A stretch of 64,000 bases of DNA. Source: an uncultured Candidatus Saccharibacteria bacterium (GTDB taxonomy: Bacteria; Patescibacteriota; Minisyncoccia; UBA6257; Colwellbacteraceae). Positions 1-8,916 of this stretch are shown one piece after another. Within the stretch, counting starts at the first letter, position 1; each line of letters starts with the position of its first letter. Both the position numbers and the translations under genes were made by a program. Where the stretch lies: contig CAZLHU010000002.1 in NCBI GenBank assembly GCA_964559765.1, positions 10,075 to 74,074 of the forward strand. Reading direction: 5' to 3'. Under the pieces are notes generated by a model, which ran no database searches, was not told where the DNA came from, and saw only the letters and a program-made list of their open reading frames with translations.

Positions 1-3000
1 CAGACGTGGTGAATGTCCCATCGGATGAATAACCCGTAGCGGACGCGTTAGTAGCATAACCGGCGTAGTAGATCAGAGTGTTCGACGGCAGGCTGTTGAA
101 AGGCATCGTAAAAACTCCGGTCGAGGTTCCTCCTTGGGGAGAACAATTTGACCTAGGGGCTGGCGACGTTCCCCAGCAGATGCCGATAGCGGTTAAAGAT
201 GAGCCGCCGTTAGATGTGACATTGGCGCCCAGTACTGCGCTGTTATATGTAATTGAACTGGAGGTTGGAGAAGTGACCGTTGGACTGCTTGGCTGAGTCT
301 GCTCGCTACCCGCGGTGCTAAACGAAGGTTCGTTCTGTTGATATTTCCTGATAGCTACCCAATCAAAAATCGCATACTGAGTGGTCCACCATCCATAGTT
401 TCCGATATCCAGATAGAACCGCTGCGATGTCGGCGTAGTGTATGACGAAGTGCCGCTTATGGTCTCGGTTGCCCCATCCGATTGCCTGACCCTCGTATAT
501 TTCATATACCCCGTATTTGCAACGACGCCCCAGCTCACTCGCTTCCAAGTGTTCCACCAGTTTCCGATTGAACCTACGGCAGCTGAATTCATGCTGCTGC
601 CGCTATAAGCGTAGCCCAGCCAGTTCTGTCCGCTATCGGTATATTGGACGCCGTCGCCGCTGTAGGCATCCGTATCATCCATATTAGCGTACAGCCATGA
701 ACCCCCCTCAGAACGGATGGTTGAAGTGGACACATTCGACGCTATATAACACCAGGCATAGTTCTGGCCACTGCTACTGCCATTGCTGTCGTACATGAGC
801 GACTCGACCGCATATCCGCTGGCTGGCAGGAAAGTATTCGCGGCAATGACGTGGCTGTAGTCCGTGTTCACGTTGGTGATCGTAAGCTGGTTGCCGGACA
901 CAGCGACTCCGCCGTCATTCCCCGTAGCGACGCCGCCGTTAGTGTACGTCTGGAAAAACCATGTACCGGTGTTTATCGATGTACCGGGGAAATTATCGAA
1001 GATGAGGAAAGTATTCGTGCCGTTGGAGGCATTGGTCGCAGATGAATTCCCGTAATACAGATATATAGACTGGTTAGAGCCCAGATCTGCGGAAACGTTC
1101 ACCCAAACAGTCGCCACGCGATTGGGCGAAGATCCGGTCACCGTTTCCACCCAGAAAGGCAATACCGTCTGGCCATCTGACGCAGTAAACTGGAAGTCTC
1201 CTCCGACATTGATGGCTGTCGGGAACGATGCAGAATGCCCGCCGATGTTGAAGCTGGCACCGCTAGATCCGGAACTCTCGCCCACCAATAACTTTATCTG
1301 ATAGTTCGGTCCCGCTCCGGTCTGTCCGGTGATGTTAATCATTTTCCTGTAGTTCCATCCGCTACTTAGCCAAGACGCCCCTCCGCCGCTGCTGGTCACT
1401 GTGAATCCGCTGGCCAAAGTTCCAGTCTGCATGCTCGGGTTAGTAACCACCACATTCCATGCTCCAGCTACAGCTCCGGTGATCGGACAAGAACCGGACG
1501 ACAGCGTAGTGGAGTTAGTGAAGGTGAAGCCCGTGCAATTTATATTGGATTGTCCGCTCATGGTAAGCGCGACCGTAGCGCCGGACACGAAGTTAGTTCC
1601 GCTGATTGAAGATATGGATATAGACCCTGTATTAGCACCGGTCGTAGGTGAAATCGCGGTAACCGTGGGCGTAGAAGTAGAATAGGCTATCGTCAAACTA
1701 CCATTAGTTTGGCCAGCAGAACCTGCACCTTGAATATTGAAAGTGTTGGTAAGAGATGAGGATAGGTAGCTTGAACCTCCTCCTCCTGCCCCAACGCCAT
1801 TGTTGTTCGAACCGCCGCCTGCGCCTCCTCCGCCATAATATCCTCCACCACCTCCTCCGCCTCCGTAGTAGGTACCATTACCTCCATTACCTCCGACAGC
1901 TACGCCGCCAGCAGTGCCGTTATTCGAGCTATCTCCCGTACCGGCTGTTCCGCCGGCCGATTGCGTTCCGCCGCCTCCGCCGGTGACAAGACCGAAACTC
2001 ATGCCAGCCTGTCCGGATGTGCCGCCTCCCGCAGCGCCAGGCCAAACAGTGTCGTAAGACCAACCGCCAGGATCTCCACCCCCTCCTCCAGCGACGAGTA
2101 TCGCAGTTCCCTGTGAAAAAGTATTAGCCGTGCCGAACCAGGTCATTCCTCCTCCTCCTCCGCCGCCGTAATCGTTGCCGCAACATGTTTGATAGCCTCC
2201 CGTACCGCCGCCTCCATATCCGGCCGTGCCTCCGCCGCCTGATCCGGTATTAGCCTGGCCTCCGGCGCCGCCGACAGAGTAATAGTAAGTTGTTCCAGGG
2301 GTCACGGAAAGAGTCCCCGCAGCCAGTCCGCCCGTCCCGCCGGTAAGGCCGCCGAAGTAAACGTTGCCGCCGCCGCCTGCGCCATTGGCGATAAGATTTA
2401 TAGATGTAACTCCGGTCGGGACAACCCAGCTTTGGACCGATCCAGTGTAAGAAAGATTAGCCACAGCGATTCCTGATGAATTGTAATAAATTGTGACGCT
2501 GCCGTTACCAGTATTAACGCCTTGGGCCAAAGTAACACTGGTCGCCGATCCGCTTGCGTATGAAGATCCTCCTCCCCCAGTCCCGCCGCCGGCATAGCTT
2601 GTAGTACTTGATCCGCCTCCTCCGCCTCCGTAGTATCCTCCGCCTCCTCCGCCTCCGGCGTTATTATATGCGCCTTCGCCAGCCCCTCCAGCTCCGCCCT
2701 GACCAGCAGAGCCAGTAGCTCCATTAGTCGCGCCTCCGCTTCCGCCAGCGCTTAATGTCGCTCCTCCTCCGGCATTTCCATATCCAGAACTCGTTCCCGA
2801 TACTCCCTGTATTCCACCGGCTGGCGTAGTTCCGCCTCCGCCGCCCCATTGATGGTTGGTCTGACTGTTCCAAGCTCCGCCTCCTCCGCCTCCGGCTACC
2901 ACGATAGACGTGCCCTGGGAGAAGGTGCTCGCTGTGCCGAACCAGGTCATTCCGCCTCCGCCGCCCGATGTGTAATAAGAGCCGTCAGATCCTCCGGCAC

Positions 3001-3403
3001 CGCCGCCTCCGTATCCGGCCGTGCCGGCCGTGCCAACCGGTACGCCCGTACCGCCTTGGCCGCCGACATTCATGTAGTAGGTCGTTCCAGGTGTCACTGC
3101 CAAAGTGGCCGTGACCAATCCTCCGTATCCGCTGTCCGTAGTATATTGCCCCGAGGCAGCTGAACCTTCGCCTCCTTGGGCGCCTGCCACGACTATTGTT
3201 ATAGAAGTGACTCCCGTCGGTACGACCCAACTAGTTGGGCTCCCCGTGTAGCCGAAAGTTATCGAAGCGGCTTTGGCTTGGTTGGTCGAATTAAATGCGA
3301 TAAGGCCTACGGCCAGAACCAACACGGATATAACTATGAGGGAACCAAAACGACTCTTCTTGCTTATTTTTAGCTTAGGCAATTTAGACATTATGGCTCC
3401 CAT
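1..3403 (-). CDS. Giant cell-surface protein, partial in window (ATG at 3401-3403; ORF runs past position 1; >=1134 aa). N-terminal anchor helix, two tandem glycine-rich domains, an IPT/TIG-like Ig domain, a DUF2341-like domain and a lectin-like C-terminal region
   Basis: I translated the minus strand codon by codon from 3403 down to position 2 and found one frame with no stop. It is missing from the ORF track because it has no in-window stop. Repeated motif: VPTGVTSI..GAxGG..TPGTTYY..GGGGGGMTWFGTAxTFSQGT. Later motif: NYQIKLLVGESSG..VLPFWVETV..IYLYYGN. Confidence 0.7.
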   Translation of the reverse strand, partial: MGAIMSKLPKLKISKKSRFGSLIVISVLVLAVGLIAFNSTNQAKAASITFGYTGSPTSWVVPTGVTSITIVVAGAQGGEGSAASGQYTTDSGYGGLVTATLAVTPGTTYYMNVGGQGGTGVPVGTAGTAGYGGGGAGGSDGSYYTSGGGGGMTWFGTASTFSQGTSIVVAGGGGGGAWNSQTNHQWGGGGGTTPAGGIQGVSGTSSGYGNAGGGATLSAGGSGGATNGATGSAGQGGAGGAGEGAYNNAGGGGGGGYYGGGGGGSSTTSYAGGGTGGGGSSYASGSATSVTLAQGVNTGNGSVTIYYNSSGIAVANLSYTGSVQSWVVPTGVTSINLIANGAGGGGNVYFGGLTGGTGGLAAGTLSVTPGTTYYYSVGGAGGQANTGSGGGGTAGYGGGGTGGYQTCCGNDYGGGGGGGMTWFGTANTFSQGTAILVAGGGGGDPGGWSYDTVWPGAAGGGTSGQAGMSFGLVTGGGGGTQSAGGTAGTGDSSNNGTAGGVAVGGNGGNGTYYGGGGGGGGYYGGGGAGGGSNNNGVGAGGGGSSYLSSSLTNTFNIQGAGSAGQTNGSLTIAYSTSTPTVTAISPTTGANTGSISISSISGTNFVSGATVALTMSGQSNINCTGFTFTNSTTLSSGSCPITGAVAGAWNVVVTNPSMQTGTLASGFTVTSSGGGASWLSSGWNYRKMINITGQTGAGPNYQIKLLVGESSGSSGASFNIGGHSASFPTAINVGGDFQFTASDGQTVLPFWVETVTGSSPNRVATVWVNVSADLGSNQSIYLYYGNSSATNASNGTNTFLIFDNFPGTSINTGTWFFQTYTNGGVATGNDGGVAVSGNQLTITNVNTDYSHVIAANTFLPASGYAVESLMYDSNGSSSGQNYAWCYIASNVSTSTIRSEGGSWLYANMDDTDAYSGDGVQYTDSGQNWLGYAYSGSSMNSAAVGSIGNWWNTWKRVSWGVVANTGYMKYTRVRQSDGATETISGTSSYTTPTSQRFYLDIGNYGWWTTQYAIFDWVAIRKYQQNEPSFSTAGSEQTQPSSPTVTSPTSSSITYNSAVLGANVTSNGGSSLTAIGICWGTSPAPRSNCSPQGGTSTGVFTMPFNSLPSNTLIYYAGYATNASATGYSSDGTFTTS

Positions 3404-3423
3404 AATCTGTTGCAATAATTATA

Positions 3424-4035
3424 CTACTTATGAAAGCCTAAATCCGCCGGATTATTATCCCCAGAAACCCGCTTCACCGATCCTCCATTTTTTTCGAACT
3501 CATAGCGCGATTCAGAAACGTCTTTGGACAGCTCAACGGTCTTCTTAGGCAGGTCGTTGCGCTTTATTCTCCATTTGGACCAGTAGTCTATAACCAAACG
3601 GCTGTCGCCGAAGATGCTTTTAACCTTCTCCTTTTTAGCTATTTTAAGCGCGTAGCTCAAAGCAAGCAGCTCCCCGTAATTATTGGTTGCTGACTTATCC
3701 TTGATCAGATGTTTTCCGAAAGAATTTACTGTCTTTTTCGGCAGCGCTTTGTGCAACAAATTGACCCCGTTGGCGTCGGTTACGCTTATCTCCACGCCAT
3801 TGCCCCTGCCGGTCCCGGCGTCAAAATATATGCCGGGAGCCAATTGCTTGTTCGCCTTCAACTCATAGTTAGCTCCTTTAGCCAACCATCCCCTAGCCTC
3901 TTCTTCGTCTTTAAAGCCCTTAAAGCGCGCACCCACGACGCCCTTTACCTTGCTTTCGCATATCCTCCATTCATCGGTCACGCCCTTCTGCCCCCCAGGG
4001 ATAAAATATGCGTAGAATTTGTTCTTTGTGGCCAT
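3424..4035 (-). CDS. rnhA: Ribonuclease H1 with N-terminal RNA/DNA hybrid-binding (caulimovirus VI-like) domain
   Basis: N-terminus KFYAYFIPGGQKGVTDEW..GARFKGFKDEEEARGWL matches the RNase H1 hybrid-binding domain signature. C-terminal half has the RNase H-like DxG...TNNxGEL...DS motifs. Confidence 0.75.
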   Translation of the reverse strand: MATKNKFYAYFIPGGQKGVTDEWRICESKVKGVVGARFKGFKDEEEARGWLAKGANYELKANKQLAPGIYFDAGTGRGNGVEISVTDANGVNLLHKALPKKTVNSFGKHLIKDKSATNNYGELLALSYALKIAKKEKVKSIFGDSRLVIDYWSKWRIKRNDLPKKTVELSKDVSESRYEFEKNGGSVKRVSGDNNPADLGFHK

Positions 4036-4039
4036 ATTC

Positions 4040-4870
4040 CTACCACGGCAATTTCTTGTTCATAGCCAATTCAAAGCCTGCCGACGAATGATGACCTCCG
4101 CCGCCGTGCTTAAAAGCCAGCTTGGAAACGTCCACCTTATCGGAAGACCTCAATGATACGTGTATCAGTTTATCCCTTACGCGCCATATGATTGCGACGG
4201 GATATCCGCGTTTGACTATGGCCGCGCCGATTTCCGAATCAAGCACGGAAGAATTAACCACGAAGGCTTTGTGCCCCTCAAACTTAGTTTCATAACCCTC
4301 GGCGATAGTCTCGTCTATCGTCTTCTCGTCGTACTTCAGCAAGAGCCTGCCCTGACGCATATATTCCTTGCGACTCTTGGCATCCTCGAAATCATTGGCC
4401 AATCCGTTCCAGATCTTGAAATCAAAATGTATGTTGCGCAGGAAAGAAATCAGCTCTTTTGTTTCGGGCATTCTAAACCTCCAGAGATCTATGTCCTGGA
4501 TATAAGAAAGCAATCGCGGCACCTTAACCCCGGGATGGAAGTATAGCCAGGCTAGGACCGCCCCGGAGTGGTCGTTATCGAACAGACTCTCCGGTTGACG
4601 CTCGACTATGTCCCTTACGCTTATATGGTGATCTATCAGAACGAGCTGCTTTGCTTTTTTGGCTATGACCTTGGTCTCAGCCTCCGGATAAGTGAAATCT
4701 ATTGAATAGACGGTCTTGTTGTTAAGGCCGTCGGGTATTGGTAAGCCGTGCTCTACTGCAATATATTTGGCCTTATTGCCAAATTTTTTATACGCCGCCC
4801 AAGCGCTCCCGAAACCGTCCAAGCAATCCTTGTGGTATAGCACCACTATTTTAGGAGAGGGCATGATCAA
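4040..4870 (-). CDS. DHH/DHHA1 family phosphoesterase (NrnA-like oligoribonuclease/pAp phosphatase)
   Basis: VLYHKDCLDGFGSAWA, LIDHH and a C-terminal GGGGHHSSAGF (DHHA1) motif. Overlaps pgk by 4 bp. Confidence 0.75.
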   Translation of the reverse strand: MIMPSPKIVVLYHKDCLDGFGSAWAAYKKFGNKAKYIAVEHGLPIPDGLNNKTVYSIDFTYPEAETKVIAKKAKQLVLIDHHISVRDIVERQPESLFDNDHSGAVLAWLYFHPGVKVPRLLSYIQDIDLWRFRMPETKELISFLRNIHFDFKIWNGLANDFEDAKSRKEYMRQGRLLLKYDEKTIDETIAEGYETKFEGHKAFVVNSSVLDSEIGAAIVKRGYPVAIIWRVRDKLIHVSLRSSDKVDVSKLAFKHGGGGHHSSAGFELAMNKKLPW

Positions 4871-5928
4871 TATTTTATGTTAAGTGCGTCCAATCCAGGC
4901 ATCTTCTCACCAGCTAATAACGCCAGCATGGCTCCTCCTCCCGTGGATAGGAAGCCTATTTTATCCTTAAGTTTCAGATGGTTTATAACCATTCCAGTTT
5001 CCTCGCCGCCGACGACCGAAAACGCATGCGAGGCCGCAACAGCCCTGGCGATCTCATAAGATCCCTTGGCAAAATCCCTATTTTCGAAATAGCCCATCGG
5101 GCCTCCCCAAACAATAGTGCCAGACTTCTTTATGATAGACGAAAACTCCTTAATTGTCTTGGGGCCTATGTCCAGTATCTTTTCCTTGTCCCAAAGGGAA
5201 TCCGTGGGTAAGACGACCTTCTTGTTCCTGATCAGCTTTTTCACCTCGGGCAGCATCTCTGGTTCGCATATGGAATTTTTCACATCCTTGCCTTCGGCCA
5301 CGAAGAAAGTGTTGGCTGGGCCTCCGCCTATCAGAACGTGATCTATTTTCCTTATCATGTGGCGTATGACTCCTATCTTATCCTTCATTTTCCCTCCGCC
5401 TATGATTAACGTGACTGGTTTTTTGGGACGCACTATCACCTTCTCCAAGTGAGCCACTTCACTTAGAAGCGTCGGACCTGCAGAGCTCGGCATCAACTTG
5501 GTTATGGCAACCGTCGAAGCCGCTTCGCGATGGGCAGTGGCAAAATCATCGTTAACATACCTGTCTCCCAAAGAAGCCAGATCGGAGGCGGTAATCGGAT
5601 CGTCTTTAGTTTCGCCGGGCAAAAAACGCAGGTTATCCAAAAGGAAAACTGAGTTTCTGGAAGCGGATATTTCTCTCTTCATCCTTGCGAAGTCAAAATG
5701 CGAGAAGAAGACCACGGTCTTGCCAAGTTCTTTTTGGAGGAATGGCTGGAATCTGGCAAGGCTAAGCTTCCGCTCATATTTCTTCGGCCGGTCAAAATGG
5801 CTCAAAATCACAACCTTATGGCCCTTCTTAAGCAGGGAATTCACCGTGCTCACCGCCGCCTGGAAACGCGTCGAGTTCACGGGATTTTTGTCTTCAATAT
5901 CAAGGTTGACCCTGAGCAGATAAATCAT
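4867..5928 (-). CDS. pgk: Phosphoglycerate kinase
   Basis: Glycine-rich hinge motifs GGGKMKDKIGVI, WGGPMGYFE and GGGAM; 353 aa. Confidence 0.85.
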   Translation of the reverse strand: MIYLLRVNLDIEDKNPVNSTRFQAAVSTVNSLLKKGHKVVILSHFDRPKKYERKLSLARFQPFLQKELGKTVVFFSHFDFARMKREISASRNSVFLLDNLRFLPGETKDDPITASDLASLGDRYVNDDFATAHREAASTVAITKLMPSSAGPTLLSEVAHLEKVIVRPKKPVTLIIGGGKMKDKIGVIRHMIRKIDHVLIGGGPANTFFVAEGKDVKNSICEPEMLPEVKKLIRNKKVVLPTDSLWDKEKILDIGPKTIKEFSSIIKKSGTIVWGGPMGYFENRDFAKGSYEIARAVAASHAFSVVGGEETGMVINHLKLKDKIGFLSTGGGAMLALLAGEKMPGLDALNIKY

Positions 5929-5943
5929 ATGTACCTATTATAG

Positions 5944-5970
5944 CAACCAAAACCCCTTCCGAAGAAGGGG
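5944..5970 (-). terminator. Rho-independent terminator downstream of the 6096..6686 gene
   Basis: Stem ccccttc (5953-5959), loop cgaa, stem gaagggg (5964-5970). On the minus strand it is followed by a UUUUGGUU tract (5944-5952). Confidence 0.6.
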
Positions 5971-6095
5971 CTTTGGCCAAATAGTATTTAGGGACATGCC
6001 TCGATCGATATCGTCGCCGAGGACTGTTCTCCACTCACTCTGCAAAGAATATACCATAAAATTGGATAATAATCAAGACCCCCGTCCGATCAAAG

Positions 6096-6686
6096 CTACT
6101 TACTTGTCGTCGTGCTGGTTGGCGGGAGAGTTGAAGCTAAGCACGCGTTGACGGCGGCCATTGCCGTGTTCGACGGCACATAGTTGGGGTTGCCGTAGGC
6201 GCTGTCGAATTCGCTGCCCAATGCCGATTTCAAACAGCTTTGATTCTGCTGGGATTCTCCGTCGTAGACGGATTTGAAAGTCACGTTGATCACGGCCGCG
6301 CTTCCCGGAATAGGCACCAGAACTATCTGATTGGAGACAAGATTGCCATCGCAGGCATAGCCATACGTACCGGTGCCATATTCGAACTTAGCCGTAAGCT
6401 GGCTGCTGCCCTTTGCTGGCACGTTCAGGGATACGCCGCCGATATATATGGTATGGTCGACGCTGTCGCTGTTCTTGAAGGATATCAATCCCCCGTCAGG
6501 CAAAAGGACGTCCTGGGGCGAGATGGAGTTGCAATTGCTTATCGATACTATCGTCGCGGTGGCTGATGAATTGTTCTGTAAGTTAACCTTCCCAAAGAAG
6601 AACAAGGCCGCCACTATGATCACGACGACCACGATTGCGATCCACATGCCCAATTTTCTGCTTTTTGTAATCTGATTATTATCCAT
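6096..6686 (-). CDS. Hypothetical N-terminally membrane-anchored extracellular protein
   Basis: Single N-terminal TM helix (WIAIVVVVIIVAALFFF), then a Ser/Thr/Asn-rich domain; no recognisable family. Confidence 0.6.
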   Translation of the reverse strand: MDNNQITKSRKLGMWIAIVVVVIIVAALFFFGKVNLQNNSSATATIVSISNCNSISPQDVLLPDGGLISFKNSDSVDHTIYIGGVSLNVPAKGSSQLTAKFEYGTGTYGYACDGNLVSNQIVLVPIPGSAAVINVTFKSVYDGESQQNQSCLKSALGSEFDSAYGNPNYVPSNTAMAAVNACLASTLPPTSTTTSK

Positions 6687-6738
6687 TATTTTTATTTTGT
6701 TATGTTTTTCCGACTTTTAATTGGTAATCGACCGAATA

Positions 6739-8283
6739 TTAATCGATGGTCAACGGACAAGATTGTTGGTTCGGCTGGAAACTGGGTGTGAGAGAATAGC
6801 AGGTTATCTGGAACAGATAGTATCCCTTGGTCGTTACGTTACTAAAGACTCTGTTGCCGACCTTGGTTTCCGATGGAGCAAGGACGCCAGCCAGCCAATT
6901 AGGCAAAGAGGTGGCCAGGTCATTGCCTCCGGCGGTGCAATACAACGAATTTTGATCCTGCCAGTCCAGCCTGAAATTAGCCGGAGCCTTAAGCACATCG
7001 GTGCCGTCGCATTTCAGTGCGCCAGCTACATCGATCTCGGTCGTGGCTGTAGCCGAAATGCCGTTCTGAGTGACCGCCACTCTCGCCGTATAGTCGCCAG
7101 CCGTTGGGTAATTGCAGGCATCGACGAAATTATGGACAAGGGTTGAGCTCATCGGGGTCCCCGCAGTATTGAAATTTATATTATAGCTGCTGTCTGTCTG
7201 ATTATTATCCTGACAACTAAGAGCTACGTTCACAGGTCCCCACGATCCCGGAGCCGGGAATATTCCCGTCGACGTAGTATCGACTGTAACCGAATTCAAT
7301 GGAGACGAGCCACCTGAAGGCGACGTACTCATCTGAATCGCGGGTCCGGAAGAAGGCATCACGACGACAACAGCGCCACCAGCATCGCTACTGCCATTAT
7401 TGGTGGCGGTTATAACCGGCCTGAATATCCCTTGATTCGGGTAGTTACAGGAGCCGACTGAAAATGCATCTTGCACAGAATAGCCGGTTCCGCCGGTTTC
7501 AACATACTGATCATTGTAATTTACGTTACTCACCTCTGCGTTGCCGCCCGAATAGCCGCTTGTATTAATTATGTCACTGCCATCGCCGTAACAATCCAAC
7601 TTGAAAGAGAACGCCCCGCCGACAGGATTGTCGTAGCATCCGTTATAGCTGCATTGCCACTGAGAGACGCCCACTGTAAATCTAACGTTATTGAGCGGAG
7701 AACGGCTTACCAATGTACTCACATTGTTCGGCCACGCGCTAACTGCATAATTTATGGCCTGTATCTGTATGGCTCCGACCGAATAATCGGCCTCGGCGCT
7801 CTCCCCCGCAAAGTTCCAACTTGCGAACCAACCCATACTGGTATAGCCAGAACCCGAGGTGCCGTTCCTAACCACGTGGATAGTAGGAGAGTATGTCCCA
7901 GGCGACGTGTATGTGCAGCTGACCGAATTATTCCAGTCGAGGTAGGTCAACCATCCCCATACGTTGGCATAGATCGTGCTTCCGTATGTGGTTACTACGG
8001 TACCGTTGCCGCAGTCGAATGTTATGGTGTCGGTGCCGGCGATATTCCCCATGATAGGTATGTATTGGAACTGAAAAGTCGTAGGAGCGTAAAACTGCGC
8101 AAGATAGTAAGCTGCATTCCAGGGCCAAGGAGTTATCCTTCCCTGATACGAGTCATTGCCAAAACCGTAACTCATATATATAGAAGGGGCTGATTGCGCC
8201 GAAACGATCGGCGCCAAAGACATGGATGCGACGATTGTCGCTGCGATTATAAATATAGCTCCTAATTTAGATGGTCTGCCCAT
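6739..8283 (-). CDS. Secreted protein with PKD-like repeats
   Basis: Signal peptide MGRPSKLGAIFIIAATIVASMSLAPIVSAQS. PKD-like motifs FDCGNGTVVTTYG..YTSPGTYSPTIHVVRNG and CNYPTAGDYTARVAVTQNG. Confidence 0.6.
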   Translation of the reverse strand: MGRPSKLGAIFIIAATIVASMSLAPIVSAQSAPSIYMSYGFGNDSYQGRITPWPWNAAYYLAQFYAPTTFQFQYIPIMGNIAGTDTITFDCGNGTVVTTYGSTIYANVWGWLTYLDWNNSVSCTYTSPGTYSPTIHVVRNGTSGSGYTSMGWFASWNFAGESAEADYSVGAIQIQAINYAVSAWPNNVSTLVSRSPLNNVRFTVGVSQWQCSYNGCYDNPVGGAFSFKLDCYGDGSDIINTSGYSGGNAEVSNVNYNDQYVETGGTGYSVQDAFSVGSCNYPNQGIFRPVITATNNGSSDAGGAVVVVMPSSGPAIQMSTSPSGGSSPLNSVTVDTTSTGIFPAPGSWGPVNVALSCQDNNQTDSSYNINFNTAGTPMSSTLVHNFVDACNYPTAGDYTARVAVTQNGISATATTEIDVAGALKCDGTDVLKAPANFRLDWQDQNSLYCTAGGNDLATSLPNWLAGVLAPSETKVGNRVFSNVTTKGYYLFQITCYSLTPSFQPNQQSCPLTID

Positions 8284-8292
8284 TGTAATTTA

Positions 8293-8910
8293 TTAAGGCC
8301 TGACTTCTTTGATGAACGGGTTGGTCGACGAACCGCTCGACGGCTGATTGGAAGGAGAAGCGGATTGATTTGAAGTGCTTGTATTGGTCGATATCTTGCT
8401 TATCTTAAACAGGTCGAAACACGGATGGCCGCTCGCGGTTATCGCACAGCCGGTGGCGCCGTTATTATTATTGCCGGGGACAACAACATTCACCACGTCA
8501 GCAACCGCATTGGCTATGATGTTCCCGTTCGTGCTTACAGCCGAGACTGTGTATGTATACGTTCCGGCGACGGACTTGCTAAGAATAAAGTGCCCGCCGT
8601 AACTATTGGGACCTTCTCCGTTAACGCCGGGAGTGCATGCGTCATAGCTTGTCACTGCATCAGTGTTTCCATTCAACTCTTTAACCGTACAGGAGCTGAC
8701 ATCCGTAGCGAACCAGCATATCGTATACGGCACATTGGCATCCTCACTCACGGAAGCGCCGCCATTACCCGCACAGGTACTGTCCCAAGAAGACCCTGTA
8801 GTTTGGGCGTTTGTACGATCAAAACTGATGTAGTTAACGAATATAACGGCTGAAATGGCGATTAATACCAATCCCCCTATTAATTTATATCTATTGATTG
8901 GGTTAGACAT
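8293..8910 (-). CDS. Hypothetical membrane-anchored extracellular protein
   Basis: N-terminal TM helix (LIGGLVLIAISAVIFVNYISF), Thr/Ser/Asn-rich ectodomain, low-complexity S/N-rich C-terminus. Confidence 0.55.
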   Translation of the reverse strand: MSNPINRYKLIGGLVLIAISAVIFVNYISFDRTNAQTTGSSWDSTCAGNGGASVSEDANVPYTICWFATDVSSCTVKELNGNTDAVTSYDACTPGVNGEGPNSYGGHFILSKSVAGTYTYTVSAVSTNGNIIANAVADVVNVVVPGNNNNGATGCAITASGHPCFDLFKISKISTNTSTSNQSASPSNQPSSGSSTNPFIKEVRP

Positions 8911-8916
8911 TTTATT

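Noticed and set aside
1-3403. Apparent frameshift in the giant surface-protein gene (a first quick translation near position 100 seemed to be in a different frame from the 3403 start)
   Set aside because: I had mis-indexed the line. I re-translated every codon from 1700 down to 2 and spot-checked 2100-2160 and 3300-3403. It is one continuous frame with no stop, so not a pseudogene.
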